Assembly: GCA_951813565.1 (NCBI GenBank)
Contig: OX638351.1
Coordinates: 4,256,001 to 4,320,000, forward strand
DNA length: 64,000 nucleotides
Reading direction: 5' to 3'
DNA from: an uncultured Poribacteria bacterium
GTDB taxonomy: Bacteria; Poribacteria; WGA-4E; WGA-3G
The position numbers and the translations under genes were made by a program. Position 1 is the stretch's first letter. Each line of letters opens with the position of its first letter. Shown in pieces: positions 52,585 to 61,791 of this stretch. The notes under the pieces were generated by a model. The model had not been told where the DNA came from. It ran no database searches and worked only from the letters and a program-made list of their open reading frames with translations.

Positions 52585-53428
52585 TACCAAATTAACGGGA
52601 TTTGTTTCATTTTTCTGGATAGACAGCGCGCTTACATGAGGATTAAAAATATATTTCGGTAATTTCTAACGATAGACATCTTGTTTTATCTTTTTCTTGT
52701 GTGAGGTTCATTATCTTGTTGTCTGAATCACGGAAGGCACGGAGTTCACGGAAGTCCTTTCTATTCATTTATGTTTCTTCTAATCAGAAATAGTAATGAA
52801 ACGGAAATGCTTCTGCGTCTTCCGCGTTCTCTGCGCCTTCCGTGATTCAGACAGAAAAGGGATCAGATTACCGAATTAATAACTTAATCTTCATCAAAGC
52901 GCGCCTACAAGTTGAAGCAAGTTAATTGAGGGGTGTGCATAAATAATTCCGATGTTATAGTAAAACCTATAATTACTGGGACACTTCTGTAGCGCAACCT
53001 TTTAGTTTGCGTCTCATAAGGCACAAACTAAAAGGTTGCGCTACAACTTCTATTGTCTATTATCTTTCCAAGACAAGTTTATCAAAGTGTCCCAATAATT
53101 TCAAAGTTCACTATAAATATGTGCTTAAAGGTAGTCCGCACACGCCGTGGGTTTCCGTCCACAAGTTCAAAGAGGCGCAGCATGCCACACGGGGAATGCC
53201 ATAAGGCATTCGGACCGTTGATTTGGCGCATGCTGCGTTGATTTGGCAATGAATTGCGCGACTACAAACGGCATTTCTATAAATCAAGCGGCGCCTGGCG
53301 TCTGTCCCTGTCTGTGTTGATGCGCCAAATATTTATGCACACTCCTCAGTTAATTTGGTATAATTAGTTTGCAGTTATCGGTTAAAGCAATCAACACCGA
53401 ATACCATAAGCGGATTCGGTGTTGATTT
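52584..53428. mobile_element. nested stack of MITE-like elements, REP doublets and micro-elements
   Basis: Inverted-repeat pairs 52584/53361, 52636/52894, 52721/52852, 52927/53348, 52955/53116 and 52989/53044. Confidence 0.85.
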
Positions 53429-53473
53429 TTGGCAAACGAAAATCGTTTCAGCAATTACAGTAGTATCTATTCT

Positions 53474-55354
53474 TTATCTTCCCCAACCCATCTGCGGTCT
53501 TTGTCGCCGTTGTAGGATGACTCGGTCACCCTCAGTGATTCCGCTTTTGACGATTACAACTGTTTCGTTTTGCATGCCAGTTTCAATAGGTGTTTCAATG
53601 CCTTTGCCGCCGTTGTCTAACATGACAAACTTTCCTTTTGAAACACTTACCTGCGCTTGAACGCCATCAGCTTTCTTTTCATCATTGACTAAGAGTGAGA
53701 CAGTTGCGGGCCCGGGGATAATACCGCGTTGCGAAGCATCCAAGTCGATTGTAACGCTACCATTTCCAACGCTTTCAACGGTTCCGTTAAATGTTTTCTC
53801 ACTGATAGTCTGCATAGCAACCGGTTTTCCTACTTTGAAAGGTGACGTGTTTCCTACCTGAGCGACAACGGTAGCAGAATTCTTGTTAATTACAGCATCA
53901 ATGGGGATCAACAATACGTTCTTTTCTTCGTAAGTAATGATGTCAACATCGGCACTCATTCCAGGGCGGATGTCATGAGCTGTATCAACTACCTCTATCA
54001 TCACCTCAAACGAGATAATGTTATCTTGCTGTCGACCACTTTGGGAAATCTCATACACCTGACCGTTAAACCTTTTTGTTTGAAAGGCATCAATCTTGAT
54101 ATCTGCAGCTTGACCCTCATCAAGCCGTTCCATATCAACTTCGTTGATAAAGGTTTTGACAACCATTTTTGATAGGTCCGCAATGGTCATAATCGGTGGA
54201 CTCTGCGAAAAAGCTGAACGTCCAGATGTTACAATCTCACCCTGTTCTATCTCAAGTTGCGTAACAGTGCCGGACATAGGTGCTTTAATTACCGTCCAAG
54301 CAAGTCGTTCATCCTGATTCTTCAAGCTACTTTGCCGGCGAAGGAGATTGGCATCGGAACTGACTCTGGATTGTTCCGTCAACAATTTCTCATTATTAAT
54401 TGTTAATTGAAGTTCCTGCAACTGTGTTTCGGCATTATCCAAACGAATTTGACTCTCCTCTTCCGCCTTAGCGCGCGTTTTTTTAAGGTGTCCAAGGTTT
54501 AATTCTTGGTATTGCAACTGTGCTTCACGCGTCTTAATAGCTGTTTTACGTGCTTGAATGGTACGCTCTTGTGATTTGATGGTTTGTTTCTGCGATTCCA
54601 CCCGTTTAGTCGCATTTTTGTATTGTGAGTCTGAACTGGCATGCCGAGATTCAGCGTCTTCTAACGTCTTTTTGGAAACCAATTCTTCCTCAAAAAGGGA
54701 TTTATTTCTTTCAAATTCTGACAAGGCAGTGTCCAATGCAACCTTTGCAGATTCAAGCGATGTTTCATATTCTGCAAGTGATAACTTCGCTTGCTCAAGT
54801 GAAATTCCTGCCTGCTCCAAAGCAATCTTATCTTGTTCTAACGAATTCTTTGTTGCCTGGATGTCGGTTTCAGCTGAGCTTATCCGTGTTAACGATTCCG
54901 CTTTGGTTGTTTCAAGACTGGCTTCAGCGATTTTAACAGCAGCTTTTTTCTGCGTAAGATCGCTGTTTAAACGTTCTTTTTTGAGTTCTATATTTAATTC
55001 TGACTGCATTAACTGTGCTTCAGCTGCTTTAACATCCGCCTGAGCCTGTTTCTGTTCCTCTACATATATTTTGGGGTCAAGCTCAACCAAAATATCGCCT
55101 TCTTCAACGGGATCGCCATCATTGACGTGGAGTCTAACGACTTCCCCTTCAACGTTGGATTTTACTTCTACATCAATGAGTGGTTCTAAATTGCCGGTCG
55201 CTCTGATAGTCATTCGGAAATCACCGAGTTTGACAATCTCAATTTTGGGTGCAAGTGCTGGGTCAACTCCGTTTTTGCCACGACTAAGTACAACCCATCC
55301 TACCGCCCCAATAAGAACGACAATGATAGCAACAGTAATAATTAACTTTTTCAA
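53474..55354 (-). CDS. MacA-like periplasmic adaptor (membrane fusion protein) with long coiled coil
   Basis: N-terminal TM, VEGEVVRLHVNDGD, IKAPMSGTV, RPGMSADVDI. Confidence 0.9.
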   Translation of the reverse strand: MKKLIITVAIIVVLIGAVGWVVLSRGKNGVDPALAPKIEIVKLGDFRMTIRATGNLEPLIDVEVKSNVEGEVVRLHVNDGDPVEEGDILVELDPKIYVEEQKQAQADVKAAEAQLMQSELNIELKKERLNSDLTQKKAAVKIAEASLETTKAESLTRISSAETDIQATKNSLEQDKIALEQAGISLEQAKLSLAEYETSLESAKVALDTALSEFERNKSLFEEELVSKKTLEDAESRHASSDSQYKNATKRVESQKQTIKSQERTIQARKTAIKTREAQLQYQELNLGHLKKTRAKAEEESQIRLDNAETQLQELQLTINNEKLLTEQSRVSSDANLLRRQSSLKNQDERLAWTVIKAPMSGTVTQLEIEQGEIVTSGRSAFSQSPPIMTIADLSKMVVKTFINEVDMERLDEGQAADIKIDAFQTKRFNGQVYEISQSGRQQDNIISFEVMIEVVDTAHDIRPGMSADVDIITYEEKNVLLIPIDAVINKNSATVVAQVGNTSPFKVGKPVAMQTISEKTFNGTVESVGNGSVTIDLDASQRGIIPGPATVSLLVNDEKKADGVQAQVSVSKGKFVMLDNGGKGIETPIETGMQNETVVIVKSGITEGDRVILQRRQRPQMGWGR

Positions 55355-55468
55355 AACCTATTCCTCCTATAATGTTTGGAAGGTGTATAACAAACGGACA
55401 CCCCGAAAATATAAACTGTCTGAAATCCATAGTCCTATCTGTCCGTATGTTTAACCATTCATAATGAT

Positions 55469-56785
55469 CTAATCCGTTCGAAGTGCTTCAACAGGTGTGA
55501 GTTTTGCCGCCTTGTGTGCAGGGTAAAGCCCAAAAAACACGCCAATAGCGACAGATACAAGCAAAGCAATGAACATTGTTTCAAATGAAATAACTGAAGG
55601 CCAGTTACTGCCTTCCCACACAAACTTGGAAATGAGTGCAGCAGTGCCTTGCCCCATAAAAACACCTAAAATTGACCCAAGAATTCCTCCCATTAAAGTT
55701 AGAACGGATGCCTCAATCAAGAATTGCGTTATGATGTCGTTGAAGGTTGCGCCGAGTGCTTTACGCAGTCCAATTTCTTTCGTGCGGTCAGTTACGGATA
55801 CGAGCATGATATTCATCACACCGATACCTGCAACCATCAAAGCAATCCCCGCTATACCGCCCATTAAGGCTTTCATGACTAAACCAACTTTATTGGCAGT
55901 TGCCAATTCCTCTTCGGCCGTCCAATAGTTATATTCCTCGCCTGTGTTGTTGTGTATTCTACCTAAAATCTGTTTTGAATCCGATATTGCAAGCGGAATT
56001 GTGTCTATGTCTACAGCTTCGACGCGAATCCGTTCAACATCTTGGCGCCCTTTAAAACGTTCTTGGAGTGTAGTTATCGGAATGATGAACCTATCATCCC
56101 AACCGGTAGTGTCCATGGCATCGCCCTTCTCTTCCATCACACCGATGACCTTAAGGCGCACCTCATATAGTCCACTCTTACCCCGCCAATAAGTAGGTCG
56201 AGAAGCTTTTATCTCTTTCCCAACCGGGTCTTGATTGAGAAATACCTCTTCCGCAATTTTAGAACCGATCACAGCAACGCTGCTGGCAGCTTCTACCTCA
56301 TCCGCGTTGAAAAATCTACCGCTTGAGGTGTACCAGTTGTGCGAACGATCATACCCAGCTGTTGACGCAACAATTCGGGATTCTTTCTTACGTCCTTTGT
56401 AGCTCACGCTCCAGCCCGGCATATCATCTTCTGCAACCACATCAACGATACCGCGTGCATTCTTTAAGATTTCAAAAGCATCATCTGTTTCCAAATGCTC
56501 AGCGCGGTTTCTACGCCAACGACTCCTGCCTCTGACAGCTTCACCTGCTGCTCGACTTAATGTACCTGATTGCTTATCCCAATCATCTTTATAGATTTCA
56601 ACAATCTTTGTGCCGCCAGTCCGTTCAATCTCTCGTAATACCATAGCCGCGGAACCGTCACCAACAGACACCATACTGACGACAGAACCAACGCCGACAA
56701 TTATTCCTAAAATTGTCAGGCTGGAGCGGAGCGGGTTTCGTCGCAAACTGGTGATGCCTAAAATAACACATTCAAATAAGTTCAT
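55469..56785 (-). CDS. MacB-like ABC permease
   Basis: RSSLTILGIIVG, GIGVMNIMLVSV..RTKEIGLRKALGA. Confidence 0.92.
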   Translation of the reverse strand: MNLFECVILGITSLRRNPLRSSLTILGIIVGVGSVVSMVSVGDGSAAMVLREIERTGGTKIVEIYKDDWDKQSGTLSRAAGEAVRGRSRWRRNRAEHLETDDAFEILKNARGIVDVVAEDDMPGWSVSYKGRKKESRIVASTAGYDRSHNWYTSSGRFFNADEVEAASSVAVIGSKIAEEVFLNQDPVGKEIKASRPTYWRGKSGLYEVRLKVIGVMEEKGDAMDTTGWDDRFIIPITTLQERFKGRQDVERIRVEAVDIDTIPLAISDSKQILGRIHNNTGEEYNYWTAEEELATANKVGLVMKALMGGIAGIALMVAGIGVMNIMLVSVTDRTKEIGLRKALGATFNDIITQFLIEASVLTLMGGILGSILGVFMGQGTAALISKFVWEGSNWPSVISFETMFIALLVSVAIGVFFGLYPAHKAAKLTPVEALRTD

Positions 56786-56797
56786 TTAGACCTCCTC

Positions 56798-58099
56798 TTA
56801 CTCAGTGCGGAGTGCTTCTATCGGGGAAAGGGCGGACGCTTTTAGTGCAGGATAGAGTCCAAAAGAGATACCAATCAACGCAGAAAATGAGACGGAAATA
56901 ATAACCCACTGCATAGAGATGACTGAGGGCCAATCCGGCACCATCTTGACGATCTTCACAGCAAGAAGTGCCATACCTTCGCCTGCGAGATAACCTATCC
57001 CAACACCGATAGCACCACCTATAATGCACATCACAATTGACTCTATAAGAAACTGTAGCATAATATCTAAGCGTTTAGCGCCAAGTGCTTTCCGAAGACC
57101 GATTTCACGCGTGCGTTCACTAACTGCTACCAACATCATATTCATTATTCCAATACCACCGACAAGCAGCGAAAAACCAGCTATACTACCCAACGCAATT
57201 TTTATCACTTTACTAATTTTATCTAACTGCGCCATACCTTCACGCATATCTCTGAGACTGAAGAAATCATCCTGATTCTTATGGCGTGTTCTCATGACTG
57301 CTTTCACCTCTTCTATTGCTTTCGGAACATCGTCAACGGTGTTGGCGTGAACAGATAACATTACAATGTGATCGTTACCGGTAAAACGCTCTTGTGCCGT
57401 TGTGATGGGGATGAAAACCATATCGTCAAGGTTCCATCCAAATCGAAGACTTCTGCCACGGCCTTCCATTGTTCCGACAACGGTAAAACGTTCAGCGATC
57501 CGGACATGATCCCCTCTGCCATATCTATCAAATCTGCCTCCACCTCTACCGATTTTGATTTCCTCGTTTATAGGAGATCTGTTACCGAATAGGTTAAATG
57601 CAACCTCAGTGCCTAAAACGCAAACTTTCGCTTTGTTTTCAATATCCTCATCGGAAATAAAACGTCCTTCCTGAATTTTCCAGTCCATCGCTTCCGAAAA
57701 TGAGGAATTAACACCATTATAACCGCTGCGAGTTTCAGACCCATCATTAGTTTGAATCTGGACACCCCGCCATTCTGGAATTCTGGGGACAACGACTTTC
57801 ACCGATGGACATTCCGCCTCAATAGCTAATACGTCTTCGTACTTGAAATATTCGTTGCTACGGTTCGGCATCCAACGACTTCCAACTCGCTTGTAGCTGC
57901 TGCGATACATTGTGAATTGGTTGACACCACCCAGTTTTTGGGCATCTTGTAACACAATTTCTTTAGCACCATCACCGATTGAGATCATCGCAAGCACAGA
58001 GGCAACACCGATGATAATACCAAGCATTGTTAGCAACGATCGCAGTTTATTGCTACGAATTGCAGAAACCCCAACGGATAATCCCTCAAATATGCGCAT
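56798..58099 (-). CDS. MacB-like ABC permease
   Basis: RSLLTMLGIIIG, ERTREIGLRKALGA. Confidence 0.92.
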   Translation of the reverse strand: MRIFEGLSVGVSAIRSNKLRSLLTMLGIIIGVASVLAMISIGDGAKEIVLQDAQKLGGVNQFTMYRSSYKRVGSRWMPNRSNEYFKYEDVLAIEAECPSVKVVVPRIPEWRGVQIQTNDGSETRSGYNGVNSSFSEAMDWKIQEGRFISDEDIENKAKVCVLGTEVAFNLFGNRSPINEEIKIGRGGGRFDRYGRGDHVRIAERFTVVGTMEGRGRSLRFGWNLDDMVFIPITTAQERFTGNDHIVMLSVHANTVDDVPKAIEEVKAVMRTRHKNQDDFFSLRDMREGMAQLDKISKVIKIALGSIAGFSLLVGGIGIMNMMLVAVSERTREIGLRKALGAKRLDIMLQFLIESIVMCIIGGAIGVGIGYLAGEGMALLAVKIVKMVPDWPSVISMQWVIISVSFSALIGISFGLYPALKASALSPIEALRTE

Positions 58100-58330
58100 T
58101 TCTTGTCTCCAAAGACTTATAAAAAGATTAAACTTTCATGCCTTGTAATTTAGACAGAAAAAAGCAGATAAGGTTCGGACAATTAGAAAAAGGTGAGAAT
58201 ACTATCTCCTTCCTTATTTGCCAAGAGTTTAATGATGTTATTTGGAACACAATTATGCTATTTTTGACGTTTTAATTAGAAAAAAGGTTTATTGTAAAGT
58301 GAATGTGATTAAATTGTGTATAAAACTTAT

Positions 58331-58360
58331 TTGACAAAATTCAACGAAAACTGGTATAAT
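58331..58360 (+). promoter_or_regulatory. consensus sigma70 promoter
   Basis: TTGACA-18 bp-TATAAT with extended -10 TG. Confidence 0.7.
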
Positions 58361-58402
58361 GTGATATAGTGATAATTTGTTTAACTTAAATCGGGGAGCA
58401 GG

Positions 58403-59311
58403 ATGAATACTATTGGTCAGAGTTTTGGTGGAAACTGGACAGAGCAAAAGTTGGATTGTGTGCGGAAATATCTGAAAGCTTACACAACGATTATGAATAA
58501 GCAGCCATTTAAATTTGCTTATATAGATGCCTTTGCAGGAACTGGCTATCGTGAACTCATGCTTGATGAAGATGAAAGTGAAACATTATTTCCAGAACTT
58601 GACTCTCAAGAGGTAATCAACTTTCGGCAAGGTTCGGCACGTAATGCTCTGGAAGCAGAACCGCCGTTTGAGAAATATATTTTTATAGAAGAAGATAAGG
58701 AAAATTACTCCGAACTGGAAAAACTCACCGAAGAATTCTCTAAAAAAAATATTGAGTGTAGACGTACGGATGCAAATGAATATTTGACTGATGTTTGTAA
58801 TAAGAATTGGGAACAACATCGGGCGTTAGTATTTCTCGATCCATTTGGTATGCAGGTAGAATGGAAGACAATAAAATTAATTGCCGACACACAGGCTATT
58901 GATTTATGGTTACTTTTCCCAATTGGCACCGTCAACAGGTTGCTAAAAAGGAATAGTGATATTCGTCAGTCTATACGGGAAAAACTAAACCAATTTTTGG
59001 GTGAAGAAGGTTGGTATAAGGTGTTCTACAAACTGGCTTATGAAAATTCACTATTTGGTGAAGTTGAGCGATGGGAAAAAGTTGGTAATATATTTACAGA
59101 AATTGAACAATACTTCATGAAGCGACTACAAGGAATTTTTACTGGTGTAGCAACTAATCCACTTTCTCTACGCAATTCGAAAAATGTTCCATTGTACCTG
59201 TTGTGTTTTGCAGCTGGGAATCCAAAAGGTGCCCCAATTGCAGTTAAAATTGCAGAAGACATCCTTTTAAAAGAGTTGTGCCAAGGATCCTCATTACAAC
59301 AGTTAGATTAG
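58403..59311 (+). CDS. tcmP: three-Cys-motif partner protein (SAM-dependent methyltransferase-like)
   Basis: WTEQKL..YL, YIDAFAGTG, FLDPFG. Confidence 0.85.
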   Translation: MNTIGQSFGGNWTEQKLDCVRKYLKAYTTIMNKQPFKFAYIDAFAGTGYRELMLDEDESETLFPELDSQEVINFRQGSARNALEAEPPFEKYIFIEEDKENYSELEKLTEEFSKKNIECRRTDANEYLTDVCNKNWEQHRALVFLDPFGMQVEWKTIKLIADTQAIDLWLLFPIGTVNRLLKRNSDIRQSIREKLNQFLGEEGWYKVFYKLAYENSLFGEVERWEKVGNIFTEIEQYFMKRLQGIFTGVATNPLSLRNSKNVPLYLLCFAAGNPKGAPIAVKIAEDILLKELCQGSSLQQLD

Positions 59312-59332
59312 AATTTCCATAAGGAGCAATAA

Positions 59333-60073
59333 ATGGCAACCTTATCTTCAAAAATCGAATGGACTGAATCTACTTGGAACCCTGTGCGCGGCTGTACTCG
59401 TGTATCTGAAGGGTGTAGGTTTTGTTACGCTGAACGCATTGCAGCACGGTTTTCTGGTAAAGGCTTGGCTTACGAAGGTTTTGCAAAAAACACTAAAGCT
59501 GGACCACAATGGACACATAAAGTTGACCCTATTCGCGCTTTACTTAATGAACCATTAAAATGGAAAAAACCCCGCCGAATTTTTGTTAACTCTATGAGTG
59601 ATCTGTTCCATGAAGAGATCAAATTGGATTATATTCAAGAAGTTTTTTCTGTGATGGAAGAGGCGAGTTGGCATAAATTCCAAGTTTTGACAAAACGAGC
59701 ATGGCGGCTTTTGGAATATAGTCCGAAGTTGCCGTGGCCTTCGAACGTTTGGATGGGGGTTAGCGTTGAGGATAACCGCGTGATGGATCGGATTGACGAT
59801 TTACGTCAAACGGGTGCGAAAATTAAATTTCTTTCGCTTGAACCACTTATTGGTCCTCTCCCGCATTTGGATTTGAGTGGTATAGATTGGGTTATCGTGG
59901 GTGGAGAGTCTGGTCCCGGTGCCCGCGAAATGAAGGAGGAATGGGTTGTTGACATCAAAGACCAGTGTGAAAAAGAAAATGTGTTATTTTTCTTTAAACA
60001 GTGGGGTGGCACGCGCAAATCAAAAACGGGTAGAGAGTTGGATGGACAAACTTATGACGAAATGCCAGGATAA
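59333..60073 (+). CDS. DUF5131 / phage Gp37-Gp68 family radical-SAM-like protein
   Basis: IEWT..TWNP..GC...SEGC..CYA, FVNSMSDLFH, WVIVGGESG, FFKQWGG. Confidence 0.92.
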   Translation: MATLSSKIEWTESTWNPVRGCTRVSEGCRFCYAERIAARFSGKGLAYEGFAKNTKAGPQWTHKVDPIRALLNEPLKWKKPRRIFVNSMSDLFHEEIKLDYIQEVFSVMEEASWHKFQVLTKRAWRLLEYSPKLPWPSNVWMGVSVEDNRVMDRIDDLRQTGAKIKFLSLEPLIGPLPHLDLSGIDWVIVGGESGPGAREMKEEWVVDIKDQCEKENVLFFFKQWGGTRKSKTGRELDGQTYDEMPG

Positions 60074-60078
60074 GGAAT

Positions 60079-61380
60079 TTATTCAGTACGCAATGCCTCA
60101 ATAGGTGAAAGTGAAGACGCTTTTATTGCTGGATATAACCCAAAAGAGATACCGATTAACGCTGAGAACGATATTGAAATCAAAACCCATTCTGTTGAAA
60201 CAACCGAGGGCCATTCAGGCACAATTTTGGCGATTTTAACAGCGAGAAGTGCCATTCCCTGCCCAGCAAAGACGCCCAGACCAATTCCTATCAGTCCTCC
60301 CAAACCACACATCACAACTGCTTCCATTAGGAATTGAATAAGAATGTCAAATCGTTTTGCGCCCAGAGCCTTCCGCAGTCCTATTTCACGCGTCCGTTCG
60401 CTGACAGCAACCAGCATCATGTTCATAATACCGATACCACCGACAAGCAGCGAAAAACCAGCAATACTACCCAACGCTATCTTAATCACTCTGCTGATTT
60501 TCTCCAACTGCGCCATACCTTCACGCATATCAAAGATTCTGATGAAATCATCTTGGTTCCTGTGCCGCTTGCGGATGACTGCTTTTACTTCTTCTATTGC
60601 CTTCGGAACATCTTCAACAGTGTTTGCATAAACGACAATATCCTGTATCCGATCATCGCCAGTAAAACGTTCTTGCGTGGTTGAAAACGGCATAAAGACA
60701 AGACCGTCGTAACTCCAACCAAATCGGAGACTTCTGCCTCTTGGTGTCATTGTTCCTACAACCGTAAAACGTTCGGTTGATCGCTTGCGGTCCCTACGGC
60801 CGTATCGGTCATAACGTCCGTCACCTTTTGCGATTTTTATTTCCTGGCCGAGCGGAGATTTATCACCGAATAAGTCAGTTGCAATCTCATCTCCAAGTAC
60901 ACAGACAGTCGCAGCATTTTCCACATCTTCATCAGAAATAAATCGTCCCTCTTGAATTTTCCAGTCCATTGAAGTATGATAGGTAGCATCTACACCATTA
61001 TATCCAGCACGGGTTTGCGTGCCTCCTGCAGCTTCAATTAACGCACCTCTCCATTCTGGAATTCTTGGGGTCACTGCCTTCACGGACGGACATTCAGCCT
61101 CAATTGCCAACACATCGTCGTATTTCATGTACTCGTTACTACGGATTCTAACCCATTGCGATCCTACCCGTTTATACCATGTGCGATAGATAGTAAACTG
61201 GTTTGCCCCTCCCAGTTTTTGAGCATCACGCAAAACAATCTCCTTCGCACCATCACCGATTGAAATCATTGCAAGCACAGACGCAACGCCGATGATAATC
61301 CCAAGCATTGTTAGCAATGATCGCATCTTATTAGAGCGAATGGCGGTGATCCCGACAAATAGTGCCTCTATCAATTGCAT
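60079..61380 (-). CDS. MacB-like ABC permease
   Basis: Close paralogue of 56798-58099. Confidence 0.92.
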   Translation of the reverse strand: MQLIEALFVGITAIRSNKMRSLLTMLGIIIGVASVLAMISIGDGAKEIVLRDAQKLGGANQFTIYRTWYKRVGSQWVRIRSNEYMKYDDVLAIEAECPSVKAVTPRIPEWRGALIEAAGGTQTRAGYNGVDATYHTSMDWKIQEGRFISDEDVENAATVCVLGDEIATDLFGDKSPLGQEIKIAKGDGRYDRYGRRDRKRSTERFTVVGTMTPRGRSLRFGWSYDGLVFMPFSTTQERFTGDDRIQDIVVYANTVEDVPKAIEEVKAVIRKRHRNQDDFIRIFDMREGMAQLEKISRVIKIALGSIAGFSLLVGGIGIMNMMLVAVSERTREIGLRKALGAKRFDILIQFLMEAVVMCGLGGLIGIGLGVFAGQGMALLAVKIAKIVPEWPSVVSTEWVLISISFSALIGISFGLYPAIKASSLSPIEALRTE

Positions 61381-61577
61381 TTTATTCTCCGAAAATTTTA
61401 AGATATTGACAATATATAAAAATTTTAGACACCTGATGGCAAGCGTGCTTTGTAAACATAACGATCTACAATTGCAATTAATGTGTTGAAATTCAATCTT
61501 GTTTTCAACTTTAGACGTGATTATAAAAATAGGTTTATTGGGATAGGTTCAAGGTGTGGAATATATTTGAATTCTTT

Positions 61578-61780
61578 TATATTGAAATTCATAATTATTT
61601 GGACATTCTGTTCTTATGCGGATTTCAAACACACGGTAAATGTCCGAGGCGACAAGTCATGGTGAATACCATACGCGTATTCGCCCAAGTGCGCTTGGCG
61701 TTGATTTGGCAATGAATTGCGCGACTACAAACGCCGCTAACCTTAAGAAAATGTCCAGTTATTTTTCGATTTTACTATAA
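61578..61780. repeat. MITE-like element containing a REP interrupted by a micro-element
   Basis: gaggc[61651-61708]gcaatgaattgcgcgactac; right end ttttactataa. Confidence 0.65.
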
Positions 61781-61791
61781 ACTGATAGTAC

